Part shown: positions 1 to 9,353 of the stretch, one piece after another | How positions within the stretch are numbered: position 1 is the first letter of the stretch | How the letters are laid out: each line of letters starts with the position of its first letter | From: Syntrophobacterales bacterium | GTDB lineage: Bacteria > Desulfobacterota > Desulfobaccia > Desulfobaccales > 0-14-0-80-60-11 | Direction: 5' to 3' | Length of the DNA stretch: 64,000 nucleotides | NCBI GenBank assembly: GCA_023512475.1 | Contig: JAILZL010000003.1 | Coordinates: 54,845 to 118,844 of the forward strand | The notes under the pieces: model-generated | Told to the model about the DNA's origin: nothing | The model's input: only the letters and a program-made list of their open reading frames with translations | The model's database searches: none | Made by a program: the position numbers and the translations under genes

Positions 1-2899
1 CGGGAGAGATCGGGGTGACGGTGGCCGCGGAGGGATCCAGGAGGCCGGCGATCTCCAGGCGCAGATTCTCCAGCTCCTGCATGGTCACCGGAAAGCTGCT
101 GGAGCGCAGATCCCGGGTCAGGTAGGTTACTTTGCTCTGGATGGCCGTATAGCGGTTGGCCGGGATTTTTCCCTGCTGATAGGCCTCCTTCAGGAGGAGG
201 AGGTACTGATAATCCTGCAGTCCCCGGCGCAGGGCCTCCAGCCTGAGGGTGGGCACCGGCAGACCGTTACGGGGGTGGGGGTAGTAAAACGTGCCCCGGC
301 GCCAGTAATCCGCACTCCCGGGAGGGGTGGTCCAGGGGTTGGCGGGCCAGTAATTCACCCCCCACAGGAGGTACCCCTGAAAGGGATAGCTGTGCAGAAT
401 CCAGCCGATGAGCCGCTGATGCACCAGGGGATGATCGATGGCGTGCAGGCGGTTGGCATACAGCCACTGTTTCTGCCCCTTGGCGGCCTGGGCCAGAATC
501 TGGCTCTCCTGGTATTGCCCCGCCGGGGTGGCCCAGATATTGATGACCTTGGGGAATTCCGGGGCGGGATTCCAGCCGGCGCACAAGGTCTTGAGGCCGG
601 GGGTGTATTCCCGGGCCAGGGCGTAGGCCTGATAAACGGCGGCGTATTTCTCGGGCTTGGGCTCGTCAATGAGATAGTTGAGGGCCCGCCCCAGCCAGCC
701 GTAGCGCACCAGATACTGGTGATACAGGGGATAAAAGGTCCTGGCCTGGCTGGCAAAGGGGCCGGCGGGGTCCTGGGCGGTCTCCCAGTTCCGCACTTTG
801 GGAATCATGAAATAGCGGAAGCCGGCGTTGTTCAGGGCAAAGCTCACCAGCTCGTGGTAATCCGGGAAGCTCTCCACCGGCCGCTGGGGGCTGACCTCGG
901 CCACGGGCAGAGGGTAGGCTCCCCCCAGGGCGTTGATCTTGTATTCCCTCAGGCTGCGGTAGTAGGTCTTGATCAGCTCCAGATACTGGGCCGTGCCGCT
1001 GACCCCGAATTGGGAATAGAATTCCAGGGGGTAGTTCCAGAAGCCCCCGAAAATGGTAAGAGGGAGATCCTTGGGCAGGGCAAAGCCGAACACCCTCAGG
1101 TTCAGCACCTGGCGGTAAGTGCGGGTCTTGTCGGCCAGCACCACTTCGAAGGGATACTGGCCCCGCTGGGCCTCGGGCGGGATTTTCAGCACCAGGACAA
1201 ACTCCGGGGCACTGCCCGGGGAGGTGAGGCCGTGTTCCACCGGCAGCAGGGCCTCCGCCGGGATGGAGCTGACCTGGGCCGGCGCCCGCACCACCTGATA
1301 GAAGCGCCAGGTCAGATTGGGCAGGGTGAGCTTGCTGAGGCCCCGCACCGAGGCCTGGAAGGAGGCGGGGTCAAGGGGCCCCAGACGGAAATGGAGCACC
1401 AGAAACTCATTGGCGGCCCCGGCCACCGGCAGGGTGGGGGGCTGGGAGCCGGCCTTGAGCTCCACCACCGGGAACTGGCCCGAGGGCTCAGGCAGGGCGG
1501 CGCAGGTGACGGAACCGCCCCACAGCGCCGCGGTCAGGACGACCAGGCACAGGAGGGGCAGACTGCCGCGGACACGAAGGGGTTGAGGGAGCATGGAAGG
1601 CCTCCGTCGCCAGATTTGGGGGATATGAGGTCCCCTTGCCCCAGGCACCGGCTGCCGCCCGCCCCGGGTGAGGAATCCCTGCACGGCTACGGGAAACATG
1701 AGGAAATAAAACATGGTGCGATGGCGCATGGCGGCCCCGACATTGGCCTGCAGGAGGCTGCTGCTGCAGAAACCCACCACCAGATACACCCCCAAAAGCA
1801 GGGCGAAGTTCCGGCGGGTGCGGCTGAGCTCCCGAAAGCCCCGGAGGAAATACCCGCACACCGCCAGCAGCAGGCAGGAATCCAGCAGGCCCAGGGCCTG
1901 TTTGGCCGAGGCCACCTGCCAGGGCAGGGGCGAAAACATGAAATAGAAGGTGGACAGGGGCATGACCCACAACAGGTCGGCATAGGAAGAGTAACGCACC
2001 CCTTTCATATAGGCGGAGGCCGCCTCTTCGGAACTTTCCAGCCGGTCGTTGAGGTTTTCGATATCGGCGAACTGCACCGCCTGCACCGCCAGTTTGAACT
2101 GCGTCAGGCTGGGGGCCACAAGATACAGGAGGCCGCCGCCCGCCAGAAAGAGCAGCAGGAGAAACCCCACCTTCAGGGGCCGGGACAGGGGCCGGGGCGG
2201 AACCCGGCGGCGCCGCTCCAGGAAGAGAAACACTCCGCCCACCACCCCGCACAGGAGCAGAAGCGGGGGCCGCAACAGGGTCAGGTAGCCCATGGAGAAC
2301 AGGGCCAGGAGCGCTTTTGCCCGGTTGCCGGGCCGATCCGGGTTAAGCTGCAGTTCCGCCAGCAGGCGGAAGAGCAGGGTGAGGAAAAAGATGATCATCA
2401 TATCCCGGTTCAAGGTGCCGGCCAGGACCCAGCCGTACGGGTAGAGGGCGCCGAAGATCACCGTGGCGTCTGCCACCCGGCGGGAGAACAGCAGCCGGCC
2501 CAGACGGTGCAGGTTGAGGAGGGAGCCCACCCCCAAAAGGACGTTGAGGAGCTGACCCACCAGGGGGGAGCTCCCGAAGAGGGTGTAGAGGAGGGCCAGA
2601 GGCAGGGTGTAGGCCCAATAGGGCGCCAGGAGATCATCGGGCGGCGGCACCAGATGCCGGTGGATCGCCTGACTGATCCGGCTGGCCACGGCATGGTAGA
2701 GGCGGGCGTCGTATTGCCCCAGATCCAGGCCCAGTTTCCAGTTGAGGAGGATAAAGGTCAGGCAGCAGGAGAAAAAGACCAAAAACATGCGGGCCACCGG
2801 ATCCCGGCGCCGGAGGAGCAGGGCGGTGAGTCCCGCCAGAAGAAGGCTGGCGGCCGCCGCCAATCTCAGAAAGGCATCCCAGGGGGAATCCATGCACAT
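1..2899 (-). CDS. Multi-pass membrane protein (GT-C/Wzy-like) continuous in frame with a DUF4091/GH123-like soluble domain; 3' end outside the window
   Basis: Manual translation from ATG 2899 (MCMDSPWDAFLRL...) gives many hydrophobic segments ending ...ANVGAAMRHRTMFYFLMFP, then reads through ATG 1594 into ...DEP...GYLLWGVNYW...FYYP...PTLRLEALRRGLQDYQYL (DUF4091-type C-terminus). No stop in this frame, which is why the ORF track omits it. Confidence 0.7.
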   Translation of the reverse strand, partial: MCMDSPWDAFLRLAAAASLLLAGLTALLLRRRDPVARMFLVFFSCCLTFILLNWKLGLDLGQYDARLYHAVASRISQAIHRHLVPPPDDLLAPYWAYTLPLALLYTLFGSSPLVGQLLNVLLGVGSLLNLHRLGRLLFSRRVADATVIFGALYPYGWVLAGTLNRDMMIIFFLTLLFRLLAELQLNPDRPGNRAKALLALFSMGYLTLLRPPLLLLCGVVGGVFLFLERRRRVPPRPLSRPLKVGFLLLLFLAGGGLLYLVAPSLTQFKLAVQAVQFADIENLNDRLESSEEAASAYMKGVRYSSYADLLWVMPLSTFYFMFSPLPWQVASAKQALGLLDSCLLLAVCGYFLRGFRELSRTRRNFALLLGVYLVVGFCSSSLLQANVGAAMRHRTMFYFLMFPVAVQGFLTRGGRQPVPGARGPHIPQIWRRRPSMLPQPLRVRGSLPLLCLVVLTAALWGGSVTCAALPEPSGQFPVVELKAGSQPPTLPVAGAANEFLVLHFRLGPLDPASFQASVRGLSKLTLPNLTWRFYQVVRAPAQVSSIPAEALLPVEHGLTSPGSAPEFVLVLKIPPEAQRGQYPFEVVLADKTRTYRQVLNLRVFGFALPKDLPLTIFGGFWNYPLEFYSQFGVSGTAQYLELIKTYYRSLREYKINALGGAYPLPVAEVSPQRPVESFPDYHELVSFALNNAGFRYFMIPKVRNWETAQDPAGPFASQARTFYPLYHQYLVRYGWLGRALNYLIDEPKPEKYAAVYQAYALAREYTPGLKTLCAGWNPAPEFPKVINIWATPAGQYQESQILAQAAKGQKQWLYANRLHAIDHPLVHQRLIGWILHSYPFQGYLLWGVNYWPANPWTTPPGSADYWRRGTFYYPHPRNGLPVPTLRLEALRRGLQDYQYLLLLKEAYQQGKIPANRYTAIQSKVTYLTRDLRSSSFPVTMQELENLRLEIAGLLDPSAATVTPISP

Positions 2900-2904
2900 C
2901 CCTC

Positions 2905-4086
2905 TCAGGCCACCGGGTTCAGGCCGGCCGGGCCGACCGGGGCGGCCTCGGTGTACAGCCAGGTGAGCCGGGCCACGATGGTATTCAGGGCGAAGTGCCG
3001 GGCGATGCGGCTCCGGGCGGCCTCGCCCAGAAGGCGGCGTTGAGGCGCTTCCAGAGTCAGGAGCCGGGTCACCGCCCGGGCCAGGGCTTCCGGGTTCCGG
3101 GGGGGCACCGTCAGGCCGGTGTCCCCCACCAGCCGGGGGGAGTCCCCCACCCGGGTGACCACGCAGGGGACGCCCGCGGCCATGGCCTCCCCCACCGCGT
3201 TGGCGCAGCCCTCTCCGAAGGCGGAGGACAGCACAAAGACATCCAGGGCCGCGGCCAGGCGGGGAATGTCCCGGCGTTCGCCCAGCAGAAAGAGGCGTCC
3301 GGGCGGCAGGGCGCTCTCCCGGACCAGGGCCTCCACCTGCGGCTGCTCCGGGGTGAGGCCGGTGCCGGCCAGCAGGAAGGAGACCTGCGGCACCGCCGCG
3401 GCCACCCGCGCCGCCGCGGCCAGGAAGGTGGCGTGATCTTTCTGGGGGTCCAAGCGGGCAAACATCCCCACCAGGAGATGATCCGGGGCCAGGCCCAGGT
3501 CCCGGCGCACCTCCCGGTAGGCCCCGGGGTCAGGCCGGAAGCGCTCCAGATCAAAGCCGTTGGGCACCACCAGCATGCGCTCGGGGTCGTATCCCAGGCG
3601 GCGATGATAGTCGGCGCCGGCCCAGGAGTTCACCAGAATGAGGTCCACCCGGCGGGACAACCGGGCCGACAGCCGCACGGTCCAGGCGGTGGTGCGCCGG
3701 TAGCGCCCGAATTCCATCACGGACTGGCGCAGATTCCAGAAGATCCGGGGGACGCCCGCCAGTCTGCCGGCCAGGAGGCCCAGAAGATCGGCATGATACA
3801 GATAGGTCTGGAGCACCTGGGGCCGCAGGCGCCTCAAGAGGGCCACCAGCCGGGCCAGGCCTGCGGGGTGAGGCCGGCCCTTGGCCATCCCCAGGTGATG
3901 CACCGGCAGGCCGGCCTCCTGCAGGAGGCCCCCCACCGGCCCCGGGGGGACCAGGGAGACGACGGTGCTCCGGATCAGCCGGGGGTCAAAACGGGTGACG
4001 GTTTTGTACAGGTGCATCTGGGCCCCGCCCACCGCCAGACTGGTGATGAGATGGACCACAGAGACGGGTTCCGGTTCACAGGGCAC
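2905..4086 (-). CDS. Glycosyltransferase family 4 (GT-B fold)
   Basis: HLITSLAVGGAQ N-terminus; ARLDPQKDH; EGCANAVGEAMAAG (EX7E motif). Confidence 0.9.
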   Translation of the reverse strand: MPCEPEPVSVVHLITSLAVGGAQMHLYKTVTRFDPRLIRSTVVSLVPPGPVGGLLQEAGLPVHHLGMAKGRPHPAGLARLVALLRRLRPQVLQTYLYHADLLGLLAGRLAGVPRIFWNLRQSVMEFGRYRRTTAWTVRLSARLSRRVDLILVNSWAGADYHRRLGYDPERMLVVPNGFDLERFRPDPGAYREVRRDLGLAPDHLLVGMFARLDPQKDHATFLAAAARVAAAVPQVSFLLAGTGLTPEQPQVEALVRESALPPGRLFLLGERRDIPRLAAALDVFVLSSAFGEGCANAVGEAMAAGVPCVVTRVGDSPRLVGDTGLTVPPRNPEALARAVTRLLTLEAPQRRLLGEAARSRIARHFALNTIVARLTWLYTEAAPVGPAGLNPVA

Positions 4087-4362
4087 GGGCGACCTCCCTC
4101 CCAGGGACTCACCTCCGTTGCTTCACTTGTCGAACCGGCTTGGACGGAACTTTAATAAAATTGTGGCGGGCAGGAGGTAACCTGATGGAAATCCGAAAGA
4201 AACGGGGGAGGAAAGACAAGGGGAGGGGGTCCGGGGAAGGCGAAGGTTTTCGGCCCCCTGGGGGGAGGGAAGGCCGGATAAGGCGGAAAACGGCCGGCCG
4301 GGACGCCCCGGCTGAAGGGGGGCCGGGCCGGGGAGGGGGAGCCCGGCCCGGACCTGGGAAGT

Positions 4363-5571
4363 TCAGTCCACCTTGCGCAGAAAGGCGGGGGTGTCCAGTT
4401 CGCTCTCTTCGTACTGCAGGTCCGGATGGACGATGTATTTCTTGCCCGGCATGGAACTTAAGGCCGCGGCGCGCTTTTCCGGGCCGGGCTCGGCCCCGGG
4501 ACGGGGCAGGTCCTTGCCCCGGCGGATGAAGGTGGGAATTTCCAGCTCATCCACCGCCTCCACGGGTTCGGGGGCCGGGGGCCGCCAGAGGTCCTCCTGG
4601 CTCACCTCGGCGCGGCTGCCGATGCCGGTGGCGATGACCGTCACCTTAAGGTCTTCCTGGAGGCTCTCGTCATAGACCAGGCCCCATTTGATGAGGGCGT
4701 CCTCGTGGGCCTCGTTCTGGATGATCATGCACACCTCCCGGAGCTCCTCCATGGTGAAGGTCTCCGGGCTGCTGGTGATGTTGATGAGGATGCCCCGGGC
4801 GCCCCGGATGGAGATGTCCTCCAGAAGCGGGTGGGAGATGGCCTTGTTGGCCGCCTCCATGGCCCGGGCGCTGCCGGAGGCCGTCCCGGTGCCCATGAGG
4901 GCCATGCCCCCCTCCTTCATGATGGTGCGCACATCGGCGAAGTCCACCTTCACAAAGCCGGGCACCAGGATGAGATCGGAAATGCCCCGCACCGCGGCGC
5001 CCAGGACTTCGTTGGCCAAGGCAAAGATGTCGGCGGTGCGGGAATTTTTGGAGCCCAGGGCGAAGAGGCGGTCGTTGGGGATGGTGATGATGGTGTCCGC
5101 CACCCGACGCAGCTCGTCAATGCCCTTGTCCGCCAGACGGGCCTTCATCTTGCCCTCGAACTCGAAGGGCTTGCTCACCACCGCCACGGTGAGGGCGCCC
5201 ACCTCCCGGCTGATCTCTGCCACCACCGGGGCGCCGCCGGTGCCGGTGCCGCCGCCCATGCCGGCGGCGATGAACACCATGTCCGCGCCGGCCAGCACCT
5301 GCTTGATGCGCTCCCCCTCCTCCCGGGTGGCCTCCCGGCCCACCTCGGGATTGCCTCCGGCCCCCAGGCCCCGGGTGACATTGGGGCCCAGCTGGATCTT
5401 GACCGGGGCCAGGCTGCGCTCCAGGGACATGGCATCGGTGTTGGCGGCGATGAAATCCACTCCCACCATGTTGGCCTTGATCATGTCGTTGATGGCGTTG
5501 CCGCCGGCTCCGCCGATGCCGATGACCTTGATCTTGGCGGAGAGTTCGCTGGGCACCAGCTGAATCTTCAT
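4363..5571 (-). CDS. ftsZ: Cell division protein FtsZ
   Basis: GMGGGTGTG tubulin signature, VDFADV, C-terminal LDTPAFLRK. Confidence 0.99.
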   Translation of the reverse strand: MKIQLVPSELSAKIKVIGIGGAGGNAINDMIKANMVGVDFIAANTDAMSLERSLAPVKIQLGPNVTRGLGAGGNPEVGREATREEGERIKQVLAGADMVFIAAGMGGGTGTGGAPVVAEISREVGALTVAVVSKPFEFEGKMKARLADKGIDELRRVADTIITIPNDRLFALGSKNSRTADIFALANEVLGAAVRGISDLILVPGFVKVDFADVRTIMKEGGMALMGTGTASGSARAMEAANKAISHPLLEDISIRGARGILINITSSPETFTMEELREVCMIIQNEAHEDALIKWGLVYDESLQEDLKVTVIATGIGSRAEVSQEDLWRPPAPEPVEAVDELEIPTFIRRGKDLPRPGAEPGPEKRAAALSSMPGKKYIVHPDLQYEESELDTPAFLRKVD

Positions 5572-5659
5572 GTTCCTCTTCCCCCCTCGGGAAAGCCCCG
5601 GCGCCGGAGGCCGGGCGCGTCCGGCGGAGAGACCCGCCGGCTCCCCCGCTGATCTGTTC

Positions 5660-6898
5660 TTACACCACTTCCTGGAACCATTTCTTCACCCGGCCCCAGA
5701 GGTTGCCCCGGGACCCGGCCCGCCGCCCCCGCAGACGGCTGCTGGCGGCGCTGCCCTGCTGCAGCCGGTGACCGTAGAGCACCAGCCCCACCCCGGTGGC
5801 ATAGGCCGGATCCCGCATGACGTCGGTGAGGCCGCCCGTCACCAGGGGATAGCCCACCCGGGCCGGGAGATTCAAAGTATCCTCCACCAGTTGCTCCAGC
5901 CCGGGAATCAAAGACGAACCGCCGCAGATGACCGCGCCGGCCAGCACCGGGTGCGCCGGTCCGGCCCGGTGAATCTCCTTGGCAATGAGGCCCAGGAGCT
6001 CTGACAGCCTCAGGTGAATGATCTCCGCCAGCTCCCGGCGGGCGATGCTCCGGGGCCGGCGCCCCCCCAGGCCGGGGATCTCGATGGTCTCCTCCTGCGC
6101 CCCCAGGGCGTTGAGGCAGCAGCCGTATTCCCGTTTCAGGGCCTCGGCGTGGTTGAGAGAGGTCTGCAGGCCCACGGCGATGTCGTTGGTGATGTTGTTG
6201 CCCGCCACCGGGATGACGGCGCTGTAGCGCAGGGAGTTGCCGGCGAAGATGGCCAGGTCCGTGGTGCCGCCGCCGAAATCCAGCAGGGCCACCCCCAGGG
6301 CCTTCTCCTCCTCGGTGAGGACCGCCTCGCCGCACACCAGCCCCTGCAGGGCGATGCCGCTCACCTCCAAGCCCGCCTTGTTGGTGCATTTGACGATGTT
6401 GTTCAGGGCGTTCAACGCCGCGGTGACGATGTGCACCCGGCACTCCAGCCGGACGCCGTGGATGCCCACCGGATCCTTGATGCCGTCCTGGCCGTCGATG
6501 AGGAATTCCTGCACCAGGGTGTGGATCACCGCCCGGTCGGAGGGCACCGAGACCATGAGCTTGGCGGATTCCACCACCCGTTCCACCTCCAGGGGGGTGA
6601 CCTCCCGGTCTTTGATGACGATGACCCCGTGGCTGTTGTGCCCCTGGATGTGGGCGCCCGCCACCCCGGTATAGACGGAGCGGATTTCGCAGCCGGCCAT
6701 GGTTTCGGCTTCCTCCACCGCCTTGCGGATGGCCCGGACGGTGGTGTCGATGTTGACCACCACCCCTTTTCGCAGCCCGCCGGCCGTGGGCGCGGTGCCG
6801 ATGCCCACGATGTCCAGCTGCTGGTCCCGCACCTCCCCCACCACCGCGCAGACCTTGGTGGTGCCGATGTCCAGTCCGACGATGAGTTCCTGTGTCAC
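5660..6898 (-). CDS. ftsA: Cell division protein FtsA
   Basis: GLDIGTTKV and DFGGGTTD actin-like ATPase motifs; immediately upstream of ftsZ. Confidence 0.98.
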   Translation of the reverse strand: MTQELIVGLDIGTTKVCAVVGEVRDQQLDIVGIGTAPTAGGLRKGVVVNIDTTVRAIRKAVEEAETMAGCEIRSVYTGVAGAHIQGHNSHGVIVIKDREVTPLEVERVVESAKLMVSVPSDRAVIHTLVQEFLIDGQDGIKDPVGIHGVRLECRVHIVTAALNALNNIVKCTNKAGLEVSGIALQGLVCGEAVLTEEEKALGVALLDFGGGTTDLAIFAGNSLRYSAVIPVAGNNITNDIAVGLQTSLNHAEALKREYGCCLNALGAQEETIEIPGLGGRRPRSIARRELAEIIHLRLSELLGLIAKEIHRAGPAHPVLAGAVICGGSSLIPGLEQLVEDTLNLPARVGYPLVTGGLTDVMRDPAYATGVGLVLYGHRLQQGSAASSRLRGRRAGSRGNLWGRVKKWFQEVV

Positions 6899-7797
6899 CT
6901 CTCCATTCCTACCTGGGATTCGTCCCCGCCCTTGAGAGTGAGGAGCACCCGCATGGGATAGTCCAGGTTGATGAGACTGACCTGGCTGACGTAGCCCCGA
7001 TGGACCAGCACCGGCCAGACCCGGGCGAATTTCTCCACCTTGGCGCTGAAATCCCCCAGACCCAGGTGCACCCCGCTTTTGAGGCCGTTGACATAGACGG
7101 TGAAGCCCTTGACCGGGTCGACGTGAATCTCCGAAACCTGGCTGAGCTGCAGGGGAGGCGGGGCCTCCCGGAGAGCGTCCATGACCTCCAGGATCCGGGC
7201 AAAGATGACGGGCCCTCCTTGGCCCGGGGTGAAATCCTCCCTCTGCAAGCCGGTGATCACGGGAAAGTCCAGAGGGTCGCCAGGGGAGAGGGGCTTGAAC
7301 AGATGGCCCTGACGGTCGGCGTAGTAGAGCTCCCCCAATTGCACCAGGGCCACCGGCTCCCGCTCGGTGATGCGGACCGTCAGCCCCGAAGGCCAGCGGC
7401 GGCTGACTTCGGCCCGGGCGATCCAGGGATGCGCCGCCAGCACCTGCTCCGCCCGTTGGGGGCGGAAGACCAGAAGGTTGGTCTCCGGCCCCACCTGCAG
7501 CAGGTCCCGGATGAGCTCCGGGCTGAGGCGCCGGGTGCCGCTGATGTCAATGTTATTGACATCTTTAATACAAAAATAGGAACTGGTCAAGAGATGATAA
7601 TAGAGTAGCACGAGCCCCACGCTCAGACCGGCCAGACTCAGGAGCCCCACCTTCAGCAGCAAAAGCCGCAGCCAGAAGCGGCCCCGGCTCTCCGGCGGGC
7701 GGCGGCGGAAGGTGTTCTTGCGCCGCCGGCTCCAAAGCCGGCTCAGGAGGCCCCGGCGCCGGGGCGGCGGGCTCAGCCCATATGGACTCCAGGACAT
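6895..7797 (-). CDS. ftsQ: Cell division protein FtsQ/DivIB
   Basis: Basic N-terminus, single TM helix, POTRA region (HPWIARAEVSRRWPSGLTVRITEREP); position before ftsA. Start chosen at MSWSPYG. Confidence 0.9.
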   Translation of the reverse strand: MSWSPYGLSPPPRRRGLLSRLWSRRRKNTFRRRPPESRGRFWLRLLLLKVGLLSLAGLSVGLVLLYYHLLTSSYFCIKDVNNIDISGTRRLSPELIRDLLQVGPETNLLVFRPQRAEQVLAAHPWIARAEVSRRWPSGLTVRITEREPVALVQLGELYYADRQGHLFKPLSPGDPLDFPVITGLQREDFTPGQGGPVIFARILEVMDALREAPPPLQLSQVSEIHVDPVKGFTVYVNGLKSGVHLGLGDFSAKVEKFARVWPVLVHRGYVSQVSLINLDYPMRVLLTLKGGDESQVGMER

Positions 7798-9209
7798 GGT
7801 TCCGCTCCCTTGGCGGGGGCAGGGGAGGAACGCCTCCTGCCCCCCGACAGGCGCCGGAGAACCTCCTCCCCCAGGCGCCAGATGTCCCCGGCCCCCAGGG
7901 TGAGGAGGACATCTCCGGGCCGCAGGCACTCCAGGAGGGCTTCGGCCAGGGTGGGCTGGTCCGGGGCAAAGTAAGCCGCCGGATGCCCGTGGGCCCGGAC
8001 GCCCTCCCAGATCAGCCGGCCGGAGACCCCGGGCCGGGGCGGCTCGCTGGCGGCGTAGATCTCGGTGATGAATACCAGGTGGGCGGCCTCAAAGACCGGA
8101 AAGAAATCCGGCAGGAGCGCCTCCGTGCGGCTGTAGCGGTGCGGCTGGAAGGCGGTGAGCAGGCGCCGGCCGGGAAAGGCCTGGGCCAAGGCCCGGAGGG
8201 TGGCGGCGATCTCCGTGGGGTGATGGCCGTAGTCGTCTATGACCGTGATCCCCCGCACTTCCCCTTTCACCTCCAGGCGGCGCTTCAGGCCCCCCAGGTC
8301 CGCAAGCCCCCGGGCCACCGCGCCGAAGGGCAGCCCCAGCTCCAGGGCCACGCCCGCCGCGGCCAGGGCATTGAGGACGTAGTGGGGGCCGGCCAAGGGC
8401 AGGCGCACCTCACCCAGCAGGCGCCCCCGCTGCCAGAGACGGAAACGCTGGCTCAGGCCCCGGGTCGCCAGGCGGTCGGCCCAGAGGTCCGCCCCGGGGG
8501 TGAGGCCATAGGTGAGGCGCCGGTGACGGAAGTCCCGGAGGAGTTCCTGGAGGTGCGGATCCCCCTCCCAGGCCACCACCAGGGCCCCTGCCGGCAGGTT
8601 GGCCAGATAGCCGGCGAAGACCTCTTTTACATGTTCCAGATCCCGGTAGAAGTCCAGGTGCTCCCGGTCCAGGTTGGTGATGATGCTGATGTCGGGGGTG
8701 AGATGGGTGAAGGACCCGTCGCTTTCGTCGGCTTCGGCCACAAACCACTGCCCCGCACCCAAAACGGCGTTGCTCCCCAGGCTGTCCCACACCGCGCCCA
8801 CCAGCACCGTGGGATCCAGGCCCCCGGCCCGGAGCACCGCGGCGGTCATAGCGGTGGTGGAGGTCTTGCCGTGGGCCCCGGTGACGGCGATCTGACGGTA
8901 GGGGTCCATGAGCCGGGCCTGCATCTCGCCCCGGCGCAGCACCGTAAGACCCCGGGCCCGGGCCGCGGCCAGCTCGGGGTTGTCCTCCTTCACGGCGCTG
9001 GTGTGCACCACCACCTTGGCGTCGCCCACCTGCTCCGGGGCGTGGCCCTGGTAGATGCGCACGCCCAGGGCCTCCAGGCGCCGGGTGATGTCGTTGTGGG
9101 CCACATCGGAGCCGGTGACCGGGTGTCCCCGGCGCACCAGGAGCTCGGCCAGCCCGCTCATGCCGATGCCGCCGATGCCGATGAAGTGGTAGTGAGTGGT
9201 CTCAGTCAT
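7773..9209 (-). CDS. murC: UDP-N-acetylmuramate--L-alanine ligase
   Basis: HFIGIGGIGMSG, GAHGKTSTT, EADESDGSF, DDYGHHPTEI, FQPHRYSR. Confidence 0.98.
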   Translation of the reverse strand: MTETTHYHFIGIGGIGMSGLAELLVRRGHPVTGSDVAHNDITRRLEALGVRIYQGHAPEQVGDAKVVVHTSAVKEDNPELAAARARGLTVLRRGEMQARLMDPYRQIAVTGAHGKTSTTAMTAAVLRAGGLDPTVLVGAVWDSLGSNAVLGAGQWFVAEADESDGSFTHLTPDISIITNLDREHLDFYRDLEHVKEVFAGYLANLPAGALVVAWEGDPHLQELLRDFRHRRLTYGLTPGADLWADRLATRGLSQRFRLWQRGRLLGEVRLPLAGPHYVLNALAAAGVALELGLPFGAVARGLADLGGLKRRLEVKGEVRGITVIDDYGHHPTEIAATLRALAQAFPGRRLLTAFQPHRYSRTEALLPDFFPVFEAAHLVFITEIYAASEPPRPGVSGRLIWEGVRAHGHPAAYFAPDQPTLAEALLECLRPGDVLLTLGAGDIWRLGEEVLRRLSGGRRRSSPAPAKGAEPCPGVHMG

Positions 9210-9353
9210 AGGAAAAGGTGAATAAATGATCCATGACTTAAATATTTTCTGACGATATCGGCTGTTGAATGACCCCCCCTATCCGGGTGGGTTCAAAAAG
9301 AGAGGGCTTAATATATACGTAACGGGTGCATCGGTATCTTCTGGCTGATTTGC

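Noticed and set aside
275-3043. 922-aa plus-strand ORF
   Set aside because: Antisense shadow in register with the real minus-strand gene; no recognisable motifs. Long shadow ORFs are expected at this GC content.
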